Program-made: the position numbers and the translations under genes
NCBI GenBank assembly: GCA_964652195.1
Contig: CAZZBB010000068.1
Span: forward strand, 102,398-166,397
Source: an uncultured bacterium
Lineage (GTDB): Bacteria; Poribacteria; WGA-4E; WGA-3G
Reading direction: 5' to 3'
DNA length: 64,000 bases
Notes under the pieces: model-generated
Seen by the model: the letters and a program-made list of their open reading frames with translations, nothing else
Told to the model about the DNA's origin: nothing
Database searches by the model: none
In this document: positions 40,202 to 51,105 of the stretch, piece after piece
Numbering within the stretch: the stretch's first letter is position 1
Layout: every line of letters starts with the position of its first letter

Positions 40202-41302
40202 ATGACAATATGGTATAATAACAGGTATTGTAAGGATGTTTTATGGAGATATACTTTGTTTAGTGAATCTGAATTAACCAGTCTACTATCAAAATTTCAA
40301 GATCTAAGAATCTTAGTTGTGGGTGATTTCTATCTTGATGCATATTGGTATATAGACAAAACTCGTTCGACCTTATCACTGGAAACACCTTGGCATACTA
40401 ATCCTGTAAGCGAACAGTCTTATAGTCCTGGTGCAGCGGGGACAGTTACAAATAATTTGAAGGCTTTAGGGGTGGGAACAGTTTATACCTTAGGTGTAAT
40501 CGGCAATGACAATTTTGGTAGAACTTTACTGACATGTCTACAAGATACAGGCTGTATTACGGATAGAATGATTCAAGAAACGAATTGGGTAACTCCCACA
40601 TACTTGAAACCTATACACCGAGGTATTGAAGGAATAGAAACAGAAGGACCCAGATTTGATATTGAGAACACAGTTCCGTTCAACAAAAAGGTTGAAGATG
40701 ACTTAATAAACACCTTACATAATTTCCTTCCTATGGTAGATGGTGTTATTATCGGTGATCAGATGCCGATTGAAAATTTGGGGGTAATAACAAGCAGTGT
40801 ACGTGAAGAATTGTGTGATATAGGAGATAAATGTCTTGAGAAGGTTTTCTTTGCAGACTCACGGACACGTATTGGCTATTACAAAAATGTAATTATCAAA
40901 CCGAATCGATTTGAAGCTGCTCGCGCTGTAAATCCAAATAGTAATTTGGAGAATGTGAATTTAGAGTCCACAAAACAAGCAGCAATCAGTCTGTCAAAGA
41001 AGACCAAAAGAACTGTTTACATAACTCTTGGTGATAATGGCATCCTTGTTTATAACAATGGTACATTTACACATATTGTAGGAAATGCGAGTAATGATAA
41101 AGTTGATCCTGTTGGCGCGGGTGATAGTGTTTCAGCTGGTCTTGTTTCGACCCTCTGTTGTTTAGGTGCAGAACACATAATTAAGGCAGCCTATATTGGA
41201 AATTTAGTTGCATCTATTACAGTTACAAAAATTGGAACCACTGGTACAGCATTACCCAAAGAAATACTTGAGAAGAATCGGAGTATAAATGGACGTTTTT
41301 GA
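40202..41302 (+). CDS. PfkB-family carbohydrate kinase (RfaE domain-I / heptose-7-phosphate kinase-like)
   Basis: 'ILVVGDFYLDAY' start and the PfkB C-terminal 'DPVGAGDSV' motif. Confidence 0.7.
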   Translation: MTIWYNNRYCKDVLWRYTLFSESELTSLLSKFQDLRILVVGDFYLDAYWYIDKTRSTLSLETPWHTNPVSEQSYSPGAAGTVTNNLKALGVGTVYTLGVIGNDNFGRTLLTCLQDTGCITDRMIQETNWVTPTYLKPIHRGIEGIETEGPRFDIENTVPFNKKVEDDLINTLHNFLPMVDGVIIGDQMPIENLGVITSSVREELCDIGDKCLEKVFFADSRTRIGYYKNVIIKPNRFEAARAVNPNSNLENVNLESTKQAAISLSKKTKRTVYITLGDNGILVYNNGTFTHIVGNASNDKVDPVGAGDSVSAGLVSTLCCLGAEHIIKAAYIGNLVASITVTKIGTTGTALPKEILEKNRSINGRF

Positions 41303-42074
41303 AGTAATCACGAACCGACGAAGTCATCGCGGTGAGTTCAGGAATTCTCCTATTAAAGAAGTAGACTTAGATAAGATAATTGAAGCTGCACGATGGGCAC
41401 CATCCCCATTCAATGTACAACCATGGGAATTATTAATTATTCAAGAGGAACAGAGTAAAATTGAACTTGCCGAACTAACTGAAAAAGCAATAATAGAACA
41501 ATTTAAGGATAAACAATTTTTAGAAGACAATGCTCGTTGGATGTGTACCTCAGATGAAGAATGGCATGCTCGTGGTGATGGTGTACTCTTAAGTGATCAT
41601 GTCTCATTGCCAAAATTATTTGATACTCTCCCCAAAAAAATAACAGGAAATATCTTAAAAACTTTATTGAACAATCTAAGCTCATTGAGTATTTTAGGGC
41701 ATTTAGGAATAGGTAAGATGCCTGCAAAAGAAATTGCTGGTCAAGTTAGGGAATCACCCGTATTAATATTGGTTGTCATGAATACAGAACGCCGACCACC
41801 TGGCGATGGAGGAAATCGATGGATGTGGTTAAGTGTTGGAATGTTTATACAGAATATGCTTCTGGCTGCGTCATCCTTAGATATCGGTATTCAGTTTATT
41901 AGTGCACCATTGGAAACTGAAGAAGATCGTCAAAAAATACGTACATTATTCAATTTTGCTGACAACCATGAAATTATGACATTATTAAGGATGGGTTATA
42001 TGAAGTCTGATGCTATGAATTCTGTAAGGATTAAAACATCAGATTTTATACATTATGAAAGGTATACTGATTGA
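41289..42074 (+). CDS. Nitroreductase family protein
   Basis: 'ITNRRSHRGEF…APSPFNVQPWE' nitroreductase N-terminal signature. Confidence 0.75.
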   Translation: MDVFEVITNRRSHRGEFRNSPIKEVDLDKIIEAARWAPSPFNVQPWELLIIQEEQSKIELAELTEKAIIEQFKDKQFLEDNARWMCTSDEEWHARGDGVLLSDHVSLPKLFDTLPKKITGNILKTLLNNLSSLSILGHLGIGKMPAKEIAGQVRESPVLILVVMNTERRPPGDGGNRWMWLSVGMFIQNMLLAASSLDIGIQFISAPLETEEDRQKIRTLFNFADNHEIMTLLRMGYMKSDAMNSVRIKTSDFIHYERYTD

Positions 42075-42109
42075 GAATGTGGTAGGTATGTATACGAAGG
42101 TATAAATTT

Positions 42110-43120
42110 CTAACTATTAACCAACTCATCATTATAGGCAAATAAGGCTGGTGTTCCTCCAGTATGTAAAAAGATTACAATATCCTTTTTACTGAACTTT
42201 CCCTGTTTTATGTGGTCTATAAGACAAGCCATCGCCTTAGCCGTATATACTGGATCAAGTATGATACCTTCAGTGTTTGCTACTAAACGTAATGCTGTTA
42301 TACACTCAGGAGTAAGGTATCCATAAGCTTCCCCTATATAATCATCAGTGTTAACTATATCTTTATCTGATATTTGTGTATCCAATTTTAGAATTGATGC
42401 AGCAGAATTCGCAGCATCACGGATTCGATCTATCTTCCCTTCCCAGTGAATCGGCGCAGCGGCATAGGGTTTCATTTTCATATCAAGGACTTTTGTTCCA
42501 AGTACTAATCCTGCCTGAGTTCCTCCTACTGAAGAGGTATATATCCAATCTGCCTTAATTCCTAAATGTTCTTGTTGTTGATAGATTTCTGTGATACACC
42601 AAGTGAAAGCAACTGCTGCCAGTGCTGTTGAACGTGGTGATGCAATTACATAGGGCTTTAAACCTTGTGCTTTCAATTTGTCTGCTAAGTCAAATTTATA
42701 ATCTTCTAATTCTGGACCAAATGGAACATCTACGATTTCAACATCTGCCCCAGTTAAATTATCTAATAGGAGATTTCCTTGTAAAATACTCTTATGATCC
42801 CGAGAAAGTCTGAGATAGCAATTCAATCCAAGTTTACCACATGCTGCAGCGGCTTGACGGCAATGATTAGATTGTGAAGCTGCCCCGTGGACGATTGTAT
42901 CTGCCCCTTGATGAACTGCTTCACCTATCGTAAAGGTTAACTGTCTGACTTTATTACCCCCAAATGCTAATCCTGAACAATCTTCTCTTTTAATAAAGAT
43001 GCGCGGACCACCTAAAGTTTCTGATAACCGTGGACATTCCTCAAGCGGAGTTGGGAAATGTCCAATTTCTACTTTGGGGATCTGCGCAATATTTTGAAGA
43101 AGAGTATTTATATTGGTCAC
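42110..43120 (-). CDS. PLP-dependent ACC deaminase / D-cysteine desulfhydrase family protein
   Basis: 'KREDCSGLAFGGNKVRQL' PLP-lysine region. 336 aa. Confidence 0.8.
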   Translation of the reverse strand: MTNINTLLQNIAQIPKVEIGHFPTPLEECPRLSETLGGPRIFIKREDCSGLAFGGNKVRQLTFTIGEAVHQGADTIVHGAASQSNHCRQAAAACGKLGLNCYLRLSRDHKSILQGNLLLDNLTGADVEIVDVPFGPELEDYKFDLADKLKAQGLKPYVIASPRSTALAAVAFTWCITEIYQQQEHLGIKADWIYTSSVGGTQAGLVLGTKVLDMKMKPYAAAPIHWEGKIDRIRDAANSAASILKLDTQISDKDIVNTDDYIGEAYGYLTPECITALRLVANTEGIILDPVYTAKAMACLIDHIKQGKFSKKDIVIFLHTGGTPALFAYNDELVNS

Positions 43121-43122
43121 TG

Positions 43123-44781
43123 CTATTCTGATTGCACAACGACAGCTGATTGAATAATTCTACTACCGTCTTTAGATTGTATTCCGGGTGAAATCACTTC
43201 AACAACTGTATCAGTTTCACAATCACTTTGACGTTTTTCCCTGACTTCATGTAGATCTGAAGAGATCTTTGTTTTTCCAGGTTCAATTGGAATCAATTCA
43301 CAATCCACTAAATCTAAGAACCAGTTCAATCTTGATTGAACAGATTCCAGTGAACTGAATTCTACAATAATTGGGTATAATTTATCTCTAACAAATTCCA
43401 CCAAAAACCTTTTGAATGCAGGGAGCTTAACTTTTTCCGCATGCTGTAGTTCTAATTTAGATAATTTATCAGTGAAACGTTCTAAGTAAGTCTCACAATC
43501 TCTCTGTATATCTACCAAATCTTCTTCAGATGATGCCACTCTATCAGGGAATAGAGTGGGTGAAGGAGCCGTCATACCCCGCGTCTGTTTCAAGGTCTGT
43601 TTTAACTCTTCTTCAATTTCCTCAAGTTTGGCAGCAAGAGTTTCTTTAGTGTCAGTTCCTTGTTTAGCTGATTTCTTCCACGAAACAATTTCATTAACCA
43701 TTAGGTTTAACACCAAGACTGCCGCTTCTTCTTCACTCAATTCATTGTAATCCCAATTATCTAATAATATACCTGAACCGTTATTATAATCATTCTCTAA
43801 TTGCTCCAAATCTGAATGAAATTTCTCATATAAAGACCGGTTCTGTTCCTGATAATATGCCTTTTTAGTCTTACTATTTGAAAGACTGAGTACACCACTC
43901 AACTGTTTAAATATTCCTTGTCCTTTATCATTACGTTTTTCCTTTGATACATGTTGAGAAGGATGGAAGGTTGCAGGTTGTTTCGATGAACTCTTTGGAA
44001 TAGAAGGCACTTTGATTCGAAATCTTATATCCTCTGTTGAAGATTGATGATAACGTCCAACATATTGGGTCTTCCGCTTTGGCAGGTTATCAACATTTTC
44101 TATTGTAGGTTGATCAGAGTTTGGTTTCAAAGACTTGACAGCAACCTCATAATTAGTAGTTTGATCTAAGTCTATACCATTATTAACATCTGGTGTATCA
44201 AGTGGTGGATTCAAATTAGCCAATTTGGATTCAATTGTACTTAGGTTATCACTATCCGTTGTTTCAAGTTGGTCAATTTCTGATTGATTATGATCAGAAT
44301 CCTCCTTCTCTTGTTGAATCTGACTTAATACTGAATCTTGATTCATTTCTGTAGATTGATAAGGATTTTGATTTCCATTTCCATTTGTATTAGGAACAAG
44401 AGTATCAGGAACAGATTCCGGTGTTTCTTGTAGTGTATCTACCTTATTCTCCTCCATTTCTTCTCCCAATTGCTCTTTTATTTGATCTAATTCTTCTATA
44501 ATATTAGTTGTATATGTGGAAATGGGTTCATGTTGATCGACATAAAACGCTAATCTATGTGATTGAATTACATCTGGAGGAACTACTACATTCTGGGTTT
44601 TCTCTGACAATTGGAATGTAATCCAATTTACACGTCCCCCAGATGGCTGTTGCTGATACATTACACGCAGTCGCCGTCCATTTTCTTCTTTATTCTCAAC
44701 GCTCATTATTATATGGGGACCGTTTAAGGAAAAACTTACTTCAATTCCACGAAAACTACCTGTCACACTATTTGCTGTCAT
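43123..44781 (-). CDS. Hypothetical 552-aa protein with a low-complexity middle, a coiled-coil and a possibly GrpE-like C-terminal segment
   Basis: C-terminal '…LHEV…TVVEV…G…GSRIIQSAVVV' weakly resembles the GrpE C-terminus. No dnaK nearby. Confidence 0.3.
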   Translation of the reverse strand: MTANSVTGSFRGIEVSFSLNGPHIIMSVENKEENGRRLRVMYQQQPSGGRVNWITFQLSEKTQNVVVPPDVIQSHRLAFYVDQHEPISTYTTNIIEELDQIKEQLGEEMEENKVDTLQETPESVPDTLVPNTNGNGNQNPYQSTEMNQDSVLSQIQQEKEDSDHNQSEIDQLETTDSDNLSTIESKLANLNPPLDTPDVNNGIDLDQTTNYEVAVKSLKPNSDQPTIENVDNLPKRKTQYVGRYHQSSTEDIRFRIKVPSIPKSSSKQPATFHPSQHVSKEKRNDKGQGIFKQLSGVLSLSNSKTKKAYYQEQNRSLYEKFHSDLEQLENDYNNGSGILLDNWDYNELSEEEAAVLVLNLMVNEIVSWKKSAKQGTDTKETLAAKLEEIEEELKQTLKQTRGMTAPSPTLFPDRVASSEEDLVDIQRDCETYLERFTDKLSKLELQHAEKVKLPAFKRFLVEFVRDKLYPIIVEFSSLESVQSRLNWFLDLVDCELIPIEPGKTKISSDLHEVREKRQSDCETDTVVEVISPGIQSKDGSRIIQSAVVVQSE

Positions 44782-45122
44782 CCGGCTGTCTCCTTGTAGC
44801 TTGGTACGTCATTAAACGTGGACTATCCAATAGTACTCTATTGTATTTTATATCGTTCCAATGATTATATAGATTTTAACGTATGCTATTTATTTTGGGT
44901 TACACACCAACATTAGATAAAGACCTTATACGACTTACTTATTTCATTGAAATTTAGGTGTCTGTTGAATACTATACTTGGTCAAGAATTCCATCCGACC
45001 TAATCTTAAACCATTTCTGATAATTATGGTCTCTTTAAGGTTGGATTATATAGGAATAAAAGTTCGTAGGATTTAGACTTTCTGGTAAAATAGCTGTATA
45101 TTTGTTAGGTTTTCCTATTATC

Positions 45123-48100
45123 CTATCTTCTTATCACCATTTTCCGAGTTGCTTTAAACCCTCCTGCAGTAATAGTATAAAAATACATACCACTTGCGAC
45201 CTTTTCATTACTTGTATTTCTTCCATCCCAATGTAAAATGTGTCTACCTTGTGAATGAGTTCCATACTGTTGTAATGCGACAAGGTGTCCTTTCTCATTG
45301 TGGATTGATAGACTGAAATCAGTATCTGTTGCGAGAGTAATGGGAATCCATGTTTCTGGATTAAATGGATTTGGATAGTTTTGGAATAACTGATTGATGG
45401 AATCTTGAGATAAATCCGGTTGGGGAAATCCATCTTCTCCACTATGGTCTTCAACACCTAAATTACTTAAACTTGCATCAATTTGATATGTGTTAAGTTG
45501 GTATAAATCAGCGATATAAACAGCATTATCAGTAACCAGCATATCTGAAGGAGCATGTAATTGTGTATAACGCATTTCTCGTAACATTGTCTCGGTATGA
45601 ATTACCTGCAGACTTTCAACATCAAGTAAGTATAGGAAATCCTCGTTAGCTTTTGCTACTATAGGTATTGTCGTATCTTCGTAAGTTGAGACTATTTTAA
45701 GATTATTTTGTTCACTGTTGTCAAGCTTTATCACGCCGATGTGTGTATCAAGTATATAGATAAAATTATCTGAAATTGAAACATTAGTTGCAGCTCCTTC
45801 AGTTTGGAAATGTAGTATTGGACGAGGGAGAGATGGGTTTGAGATATCTAATATATGAATCCCACCCTCAAGTGCTGCAATATACGCATGTGTAGTATTA
45901 TGATCTATCTTATACACACTACCATTCAGATTACGGTTTGAGACAATTCTACTCAATTCAATACTACTAATGTCTACAACGACAAGAGAACCTGCACAGA
46001 GATATGCATAATTCTCTATCAAATCAATCGCTGAGACAGGGTGCTGAGTATTTATTTTTACAAGAGTATCACCTGAAATAATATCAATGATTTCCATTCC
46101 ATCTTCTAATCCAATAAAAGCCAAATCTTCTTTAATGGTTACACATAATGTTCCTAATTCTTCTTCTATTGAGCGGACATCCTGTATTATACTACCTGTA
46201 TATGGATCTGATAATTCTATTACCTTCAGACCTCCTTTTCCATGTGCGACAGCAATTCTTGATTCATTATTATCTACATCAAGATCATAAGCTGTACCGC
46301 CAGCATCATATTGAGTTAACCATTTGGGAGAATAGGGATTAGTTATTTCGAAAGTCTGTATCCCACCTAATCCATCCGCTATATATGCATATTCTTCAGA
46401 TGTTTCTGTTTTCCATAATGCAAGACTATTTGCTGATCCATAAGTAGGATGCGATGCGACTAATTCCGGTTTGAAGGGATTACTCATATTAACAATGTGA
46501 AGACCAGCATGTATATCAGTTAGATATAGAAAGTTTTGCATACGTTGTATACTTGAAGCCAGACCTGGTGTATTTAATACAGTAATTGGTTTGGGTTCAG
46601 CAGGAACATCTACATTTATTATATGAAGATTGTTAGAAATAAGTTGTATATTGTCATCTCCAAAATCAAAATCAAGTACAGCAAGTGGATATGTTCCTTT
46701 TACATTGAATCCACCAAGAGGATCCGGTGTAAGAATATATACGCCAACTGCATTATCACTTAAGTATACATCCTCACCCTTTGTTGATACACTCAATGGA
46801 ACTCCAGTAGGTATATATGTTCGCTTTGGATTCGGGTTCTCCAGGTTATAAATGTCCTGTAATCTATAAACCGACAACCCCCGTATTGTGTCAAGTGCAT
46901 ACATATTTCCATTTGCTATATATATATAACTTGCATCTTGAAAACCTTTGATCGTCTTTAGAATTCTGGGTAATTCAGGTTTACTTACATCAATCAAATG
47001 TACTCCTGAATTACCATCAGCTACGAATACATTTTCTCCATCAATTGCTAAACTCCCTGCTGAGCCAGGTGTTTGCATTTCACTTATCTTGATCAAATCC
47101 TTACCTAAGCTGAATACTTCTAATCCCCATTCACTTGTAGCAAATGCAAATTCATTAAATACTATTATATCTTGATAATTACTCGAAAGATGAATCTGCG
47201 TTCTCGGTTTTAATTGCATCGAGGTATTAGAGGGGATTAATCGGGACGAAGTGTTCAGAAGGTTAATTTGTTGTGTCTTACTTCTGGGTGGGTGTTTTAC
47301 TGAATCTGGAATTGAGATTCTAAACCTGTAATTGATATTCGGTGTTGGCAAATTATTCTGAACACTTAGGTTGATAGGGTTTTTATCTATTGTAGGATTT
47401 ACTGTGCTGGTAAAAGTCTGTTTGTAAGGACTGGTAATAACTACGAGTATTTGACCTTCTGGTTTTAATTTATCTAAAGTAAGTGTATATGTTGAGGCAT
47501 TATTTTCTTCTGGAGTAGGATGTATTGGTAAAACAACTGGTTTTTTACTATTCGGCAATAAGTAGACAATCTTAGCATATAAATCAACTTGTGGATGCCC
47601 TTGTAATGAAATCTCCATTTTTTCGGGAAGATTTCTGTATAAGAAATATTGAAAACCCCAACTATCTACAGTTCTATTATGCTTTGATGGATAGGATGTA
47701 ATCAGTGGAATATTAGCATCAATTTTTCTATTCTTAAGATTCCTGTAACTATAATCTGTACCTAAACTGGGATCATTAATCCAATTAGTAATTCCCCAAT
47801 TTAGAAAAACATCAATTAGTTCTTTACCCTTTAATGATCTTCCTATCCCATCCAAACCAAGTTTATCCTCAGCTGAAATTCTCCTTATAATAGACTTATT
47901 CCCATGGTTTTCATATAGGTATAGGAGATACATAAAAGCAGCACCATAATATATATCTGATGTATTTGCAGTTGTAAGTGATAGATTCGGATTGGAGAGA
48001 TAGTTATCAACAAATAGCGTATGAACAGTGCCATAAACCCCCCATTCTGTAAATGAAGCTAACCCCTCTTCTAACCAACGTTGATCGTTTGTTCCACCGT

Positions 48101-48713
48101 TCTGATACCAACTAACTAAATGTGCAAATTCATGTGCTAAACTACTATAGAATGTATGTCTGGCTCTTTCTTTGAATTGATAAATATCCATATAGAGAAT
48201 ATCGCGTTTATTACTTGTTGGATAGGTCGGTTGTAGATCTGTAGGAGAGAAATATCCGCCATAATCATGACCCGATTTATTCATCCCTACATCGTGTAAT
48301 AGGATTGTTATTTTATTATCCCGATCAAATCCAGGTTTGAATTCTGATCCAATCCAATCTTGAACACCAGAGTAGATTCTATTGTCGAAAGTTTCTGTGA
48401 TATTCTTTGCATCATTTTCTGTGAGTAATTCTTGGACAGTTGTATCAATATATATATAACAATTTACACCAATATTAACACAGATAGCATTTACAGATGT
48501 TTCCGGAATATGGATATAAAACCTTTCTACTTGTCCCAATTTAACAGGTGCTGCTGGTGCCGCAGGCACGTTTATTATCCTGTTTATACTGCTCTCTTGA
48601 ATGTTCGCATATCTTTCACATAGTAAAGGTGTGCCACACTTCCAAGGTTCAGCATTAACTTTTCCTAAAAAAACAAGAAACTGAATAAGTAAAAAAAAAT
48701 TTAAAATTCGCAT
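45123..48713 (-). CDS. Secreted HExxH zinc-metalloprotease-like protein with LVIVD-repeat beta-propeller and T9SS C-terminal sorting domain
   Basis: 1196 aa with signal peptide. Contains 'HEFAHLV…EEG', more than 10 LVIVD-like repeats and the C-terminal 'NYPNPFNPETWIPI…KMVIRR'. Confidence 0.7.
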   Translation of the reverse strand: MRILNFFLLIQFLVFLGKVNAEPWKCGTPLLCERYANIQESSINRIINVPAAPAAPVKLGQVERFYIHIPETSVNAICVNIGVNCYIYIDTTVQELLTENDAKNITETFDNRIYSGVQDWIGSEFKPGFDRDNKITILLHDVGMNKSGHDYGGYFSPTDLQPTYPTSNKRDILYMDIYQFKERARHTFYSSLAHEFAHLVSWYQNGGTNDQRWLEEGLASFTEWGVYGTVHTLFVDNYLSNPNLSLTTANTSDIYYGAAFMYLLYLYENHGNKSIIRRISAEDKLGLDGIGRSLKGKELIDVFLNWGITNWINDPSLGTDYSYRNLKNRKIDANIPLITSYPSKHNRTVDSWGFQYFLYRNLPEKMEISLQGHPQVDLYAKIVYLLPNSKKPVVLPIHPTPEENNASTYTLTLDKLKPEGQILVVITSPYKQTFTSTVNPTIDKNPINLSVQNNLPTPNINYRFRISIPDSVKHPPRSKTQQINLLNTSSRLIPSNTSMQLKPRTQIHLSSNYQDIIVFNEFAFATSEWGLEVFSLGKDLIKISEMQTPGSAGSLAIDGENVFVADGNSGVHLIDVSKPELPRILKTIKGFQDASYIYIANGNMYALDTIRGLSVYRLQDIYNLENPNPKRTYIPTGVPLSVSTKGEDVYLSDNAVGVYILTPDPLGGFNVKGTYPLAVLDFDFGDDNIQLISNNLHIINVDVPAEPKPITVLNTPGLASSIQRMQNFLYLTDIHAGLHIVNMSNPFKPELVASHPTYGSANSLALWKTETSEEYAYIADGLGGIQTFEITNPYSPKWLTQYDAGGTAYDLDVDNNESRIAVAHGKGGLKVIELSDPYTGSIIQDVRSIEEELGTLCVTIKEDLAFIGLEDGMEIIDIISGDTLVKINTQHPVSAIDLIENYAYLCAGSLVVVDISSIELSRIVSNRNLNGSVYKIDHNTTHAYIAALEGGIHILDISNPSLPRPILHFQTEGAATNVSISDNFIYILDTHIGVIKLDNSEQNNLKIVSTYEDTTIPIVAKANEDFLYLLDVESLQVIHTETMLREMRYTQLHAPSDMLVTDNAVYIADLYQLNTYQIDASLSNLGVEDHSGEDGFPQPDLSQDSINQLFQNYPNPFNPETWIPITLATDTDFSLSIHNEKGHLVALQQYGTHSQGRHILHWDGRNTSNEKVASGMYFYTITAGGFKATRKMVIRR

Positions 48714-48916
48714 ACTTTTTATGTAAATAGAAGAAACAACTCTAATAGCATGTATTATTGAAATAAGATATAATCTATATGTTCCTCATAAACTATTCAT
48801 ATTTCTTTACAGGACTATTTCAACGACAATGAATTCCAATTATCATTCTACATTGGTTGTTTATTAGTGGAAAATTACAAATCTTTATTGAAAACTTCAA
48901 GAATGAAATAACCCTT

Positions 48917-49342
48917 ATGAAAAACCAAACTTTCGAATTCCTTGAACATACTGCTGATGCTGGAATGCGTGTATGGGGAAAATCATTGGATTTACTTTTT
49001 ACCAATGCAGCAATGGGATTGTTTGAAATGATAGCTGTCGTTGATTCAATTGATGAGACCATATCAATTGACATTGAAGTAAAAGCTGACTCTGTTGAGA
49101 TGTTATTAGCATCTTGGTTAGATGAATTAATTTATCAACATGAGGTAGAAGAAATATTCTTTAAACGCGTCAAGATTCTAAGCATTAAGTCAAAAGAACT
49201 ATCTGCACGTGTCTATGGTGAACCATCAAATTTTGATAAACATGTAGTCTATACAGAAATCAAAGCAGTAACATATCACCAATTGTATGTACGGGAGATA
49301 GAAAATGGGATATGGGAAGCACAAGTTATTTTTGACTTATAA
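48917..49342 (+). CDS. Archease family protein
   Basis: 'FEFLEHTADAGMRVWG' archease signature. About 141 aa from the internal Met. Confidence 0.7.
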   Translation: MKNQTFEFLEHTADAGMRVWGKSLDLLFTNAAMGLFEMIAVVDSIDETISIDIEVKADSVEMLLASWLDELIYQHEVEEIFFKRVKILSIKSKELSARVYGEPSNFDKHVVYTEIKAVTYHQLYVREIENGIWEAQVIFDL

Positions 49343-49355
49343 TTCCTTAATATTT

Positions 49356-50996
49356 CTATAGACTTTCCTCAATACTAATTTCTTGATTTACTTTTATATT
49401 CTCAAGGATAACTGTATTCCCATTTTGCCATTCTACCTTGATTTTATTGATAAATTGGTCATTTTTAAATCCGAAAAACACTGTCATTTCACTCTGAGAA
49501 CAATAACTTGATCCACTTCTTAGGGTTCGTATTTGGGTGCCAGTAGTTGATATAACCTCAATTCGTGCTCCTAACCCGTTTCGGTTACTCTTTTGACCTA
49601 CAAGCTTAATTTTTAACCAATTATGTCGGTTCCCACCATCATTCCGATATAAATGGACAGGCCCATTTGAAGTAGTTACAAGAATATCAGGATCTCCATC
49701 ATTATCAATGTCCCCATAGGCTGTTCCTCTCCCAACAACAGGTTTTAATAAATCATTACCAACTTTTTGAATTACATCAACAAAACTACCGTCTAAATTT
49801 CGAAACAGATGAGGAGGTTGCGGATATGAAACTTTACTCTGGATAAGGTTTATATCTGTTTCAACGTGACCGTTTGTCGTAAATATGTCAAGCTTACCAT
49901 CAAGGTCAAAATCAAAAAAGAAACACCCAAATGTTAAAGTTAACAATGATGGTCGACCGATCTTAGCAATCGGAGCATCATCAATGAAAAAATCACCTTC
50001 GTTCTTATAGAGGTTAATCATTTCATTGGAAAAATTACCTATAATTAGACTTTCTTTCCCGCTATTGTCATAATCTCCAGCATCTACTCCCATGGCTCCT
50101 GTGGCAACACCATTCTCATTAAATGCGACTCCAGTTAGCATACCAACATCAATGAACGTACCATCACCATTATTCTGATACAACTTGTTAGGTTGTGTAT
50201 CATTTGCTTCAAAGATATCTGGCAAACCATCGGAATTATAATCAAGTATACAAACACCTAATGATTTACTCTTATCGTCATGCACACCGGCAAGTCGTGA
50301 AACATCAACAAATGTTCCATTCCCACGGTTACGGAATAGTTTACTTGCTTGCCCAGAATACGATTCTGGGGTGCAATAAGACTTATTCTTACCATCTAAG
50401 GTACAATATATATCAGTTTCTATTGTCCATTCAACATAATTGGCTACATATAAATCCAAAAAACCATCCAAATTGTAATCAAACCAAGCACAACTTGTAC
50501 CAAAACCGGGATTCGCAATTCCTGCTTCTTCAGTAACATCTTTGAAAGTTCCATCATCATTGTTTTGGAATAACTTATCATCATTTAGACAACTCAGGTA
50601 TATATCATCATCACCATCATTATCAAAGTCTCCTACCGCAACACCCATTCCATAGACACTTACCTTCAATCCAGCATCTATAGTTACATCCATGAATGTG
50701 CCATCTTTTTGGTTTTGAAACAATTTAGGTGTTTGAGATTTACCTGTTTTGTGACCCTGCCAATCTCTACAATTTACTAAGAAAATGTCCACCCAACCAT
50801 CTCCATTATAGTCAAGAAATGCACATCCAGATCCCATCGTTTCAGGTAGATATTTTTCTCCAAAGGCTCCGTTATTGTGGATAAAGTTCAAACCTGATGA
50901 ATCAGTAATTTCTGTAAAGTGAGGTAATTCAGCCTGTATTAATGGAATAGGGAAAAAAAGTAAAATGATGGAAAGACGTCTTACAATTTTCTGCAT
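49356..50996 (-). CDS. CRTAC1-family protein (FG-GAP/VCBS repeats plus ASPIC/UnbV C-terminal domain), secreted
   Basis: Seven 'D.D.DG..D' calcium-loop repeats. C-terminal 'RNGLGARIEV…SGSSYCSQSE'. Confidence 0.7.
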   Translation of the reverse strand: MQKIVRRLSIILLFFPIPLIQAELPHFTEITDSSGLNFIHNNGAFGEKYLPETMGSGCAFLDYNGDGWVDIFLVNCRDWQGHKTGKSQTPKLFQNQKDGTFMDVTIDAGLKVSVYGMGVAVGDFDNDGDDDIYLSCLNDDKLFQNNDDGTFKDVTEEAGIANPGFGTSCAWFDYNLDGFLDLYVANYVEWTIETDIYCTLDGKNKSYCTPESYSGQASKLFRNRGNGTFVDVSRLAGVHDDKSKSLGVCILDYNSDGLPDIFEANDTQPNKLYQNNGDGTFIDVGMLTGVAFNENGVATGAMGVDAGDYDNSGKESLIIGNFSNEMINLYKNEGDFFIDDAPIAKIGRPSLLTLTFGCFFFDFDLDGKLDIFTTNGHVETDINLIQSKVSYPQPPHLFRNLDGSFVDVIQKVGNDLLKPVVGRGTAYGDIDNDGDPDILVTTSNGPVHLYRNDGGNRHNWLKIKLVGQKSNRNGLGARIEVISTTGTQIRTLRSGSSYCSQSEMTVFFGFKNDQFINKIKVEWQNGNTVILENIKVNQEISIEESL

Positions 50997-51105
50997 AGAA
51001 TAATAATAATTGTATATTTTAATAATTCTTTATGAATCGTCACTATGTATGAATCGTAAATATACAATGACGATTTCTTCAAACCTTATATCATTATAGA
51101 CAAAT

